A stretch of 44,377 nucleotides of DNA from a virus (lineage: Duplodnaviria; Caudoviricetes), in IMG/VR virus record IMGVR_UViG_3300020044_004264, positions 1-44,377 of that record. One strand, 5' to 3'. The notes below the pieces were generated by a model. The model made no database searches and was not told the origin of the DNA. It was given only the letters and a program-made list of their open reading frames with translations. Below, in pieces: positions 43,243 through 44,377 of the stretch; within the stretch, counting starts at the first letter, position 1; every line of letters begins with the position of its first letter. The translations under genes and the position numbers were made by a program.

Positions 43243-43637
43243 GCGAAGGATTGGTCAAAGGTTGAGTCGAATACCCTCACGCTGGATGCGAGATAGGTGT
43301 TGTAAGTAATTGTGTTTGCGTAGGTGTTGAAGCCTATCGTTGCGGTTTGTACAAAAGCCAAGCCCGTTTCAACCACCGCAAGGGCTGCTGAAACCGTGCT
43401 ATTGGTATCGTAAACTTCGTAACGATACGAGCCTGTTTCAATCGACCCCACGGCAATCTGAAATTGGTCATAGCGGTTGGTGTAGGAGGAAAGGTTTGCA
43501 GATTTCAGCAGGGTGAAATCGGTCGTGGTGTTCTTTGCGATGCTTGTAAGTCGCAAGATGTAGCGGTCCCCGGTACTGGCTCGCTCGGTCCAAGTAACCG
43601 TCAGGGTGTTGGTCGTGTTGGGGTTCAGGTAAAGCAT
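43239..43637 (-). CDS. 132-aa structural protein (copy 2)
   Basis: Homolog of 9939-10337. Confidence 0.7.
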   Translation of the reverse strand: MLYLNPNTTNTLTVTWTERASTGDRYILRLTSIAKNTTTDFTLLKSANLSSYTNRYDQFQIAVGSIETGSYRYEVYDTNSTVSAALAVVETGLAFVQTATIGFNTYANTITYNTYLASSVRVFDSTFDQSFA

Positions 43638-43667
43638 CTGCTTGTAAATGTGCGATGCCCCCGAATT

Positions 43668-44377
43668 TCACAATTTGCGCCCAATCTGCCTGTATAGTTC
43701 GGCCCGCTTCTTGGCGGTTTCAGCCACGTTGAACTGCTTTTTGATGTCCCTCGTGAGGTTGTCAGCCAAGCCTTTTCGCAGGTCGGGGTCAAGGATCAAC
43801 TGCTTGATGTACTTATACCAATCTTTCGGCTTGTTGTAAGGAACAAGAAACCCGTTCTCCCCGTGCTTGATTACATCCGTGTAGGGGATGGTTTCGCTTG
43901 CGATGATCGCCTTGTTCATCCACCCTGCCTCGACGACCTTCAACTCGGACTTGAGTTTGTTGAACTTGGTGTCTCGGAGCGGTGCAAGGGTAACGTTCAC
44001 GAAGTTGTAGCCTCCCACATACGAGTAGATGTCCGCTGCCTGAATGCGTCCGTAGTTCGGGTTGTTGCCTTGGTCGCTTATGATTTTCTCGTAGCCCTCG
44101 TACACGGGGTTGTTGTCGTTCCACCCTCCGAGGTAGAGGCGGTACTTGCCATCCAAGTTTGCGTCCCAGCGTAACTTCTGCATCCCCTCACGGAGCAGTT
44201 CCATGTCCTCGCCATGCTGCGCACCACCGAACCAACCGAACTTGACGAGGTGTTTGTCGGGTTCTTCTTCGGGATTCGGAATGAACTGCTGATAGGCTTC
44301 GTAGGGTTCGTTCTGCAATATGCTCACATTCGCATTTAGAGGCCGTATGCGGGCAGCAAGATGCTCGGTGGTACAGG
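43668..44377 (-). CDS. Glycosyltransferase (copy 2, 5' truncated by window edge)
   Basis: Homolog of 10368-11077. Confidence 0.85.
   Translation of the reverse strand, partial: CTTEHLAARIRPLNANVSILQNEPYEAYQQFIPNPEEEPDKHLVKFGWFGGAQHGEDMELLREGMQKLRWDANLDGKYRLYLGGWNDNNPVYEGYEKIISDQGNNPNYGRIQAADIYSYVGGYNFVNVTLAPLRDTKFNKLKSELKVVEAGWMNKAIIASETIPYTDVIKHGENGFLVPYNKPKDWYKYIKQLILDPDLRKGLADNLTRDIKKQFNVAETAKKRAELYRQIGRKL

Larger units (their letters stand above)
32866..44377 (+). repeat. Diverged direct repeat of 1-11077 (second phage variant, partial)
   Basis: TGGTTGGGGTTGGGGTTTCGAG at 1 and 32866; GTACAGG ends at 11077 and 44377; same gene order with mostly synonymous differences plus gene swaps. Confidence 0.97.

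Noticed and set aside
1-44377. Tandem integrated prophages
   Set aside because: No integrase, att core or host genes visible; the unit is circularly continuous
1-44377. Alternative genetic code, tRNA or rRNA genes
   Set aside because: Standard-code ORFs tile the genome with tight overlaps; no cloverleaf or rRNA sequence recognised in the short intergenic gaps

Overview
The window is a tailed (siphovirus-like) phage of a Bacteroidota host. Host evidence is the TAnnTTTG promoters and the SD-less, A/C-rich ...AAACCATG start contexts. One genome unit spans 1-32865. A second, diverged copy of its first ~11 kb follows at 32866-44377 (matching 1-11077), with gene swaps, an insertion and domain exchanges. 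Nearly all genes are on the minus strand: early/recombination genes, initiator+DnaB, VRR-NUC, C5 methyltransferase, sigma-like factor, TerS/TerL, a glycan-synthesis cluster including UDP-galactopyranose mutase, tail, head and portal genes, and holin. Only the endolysin and one small gene are on the plus strand. I saw no integrase or clear repressor. The main finding is a 659-aa C5 DNA methyltransferase whose variable region is an in-frame array of about 11 distinct TRD-like modules separated by a conserved ~17-bp DNA repeat; it also carries a nested alternative-frame ORF resembling the M.EcoHK31I beta subunit. Other findings: a bipartite putative late promoter (AAnTT-N12-ACATTTAC), a kissing-loop terminator leader before the initiator, a -1 frameshifted tail chaperone, cassette-like exchange of early genes, and apparent restriction-site avoidance. 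All family assignments come from motif recognition by eye; no database searches were run.
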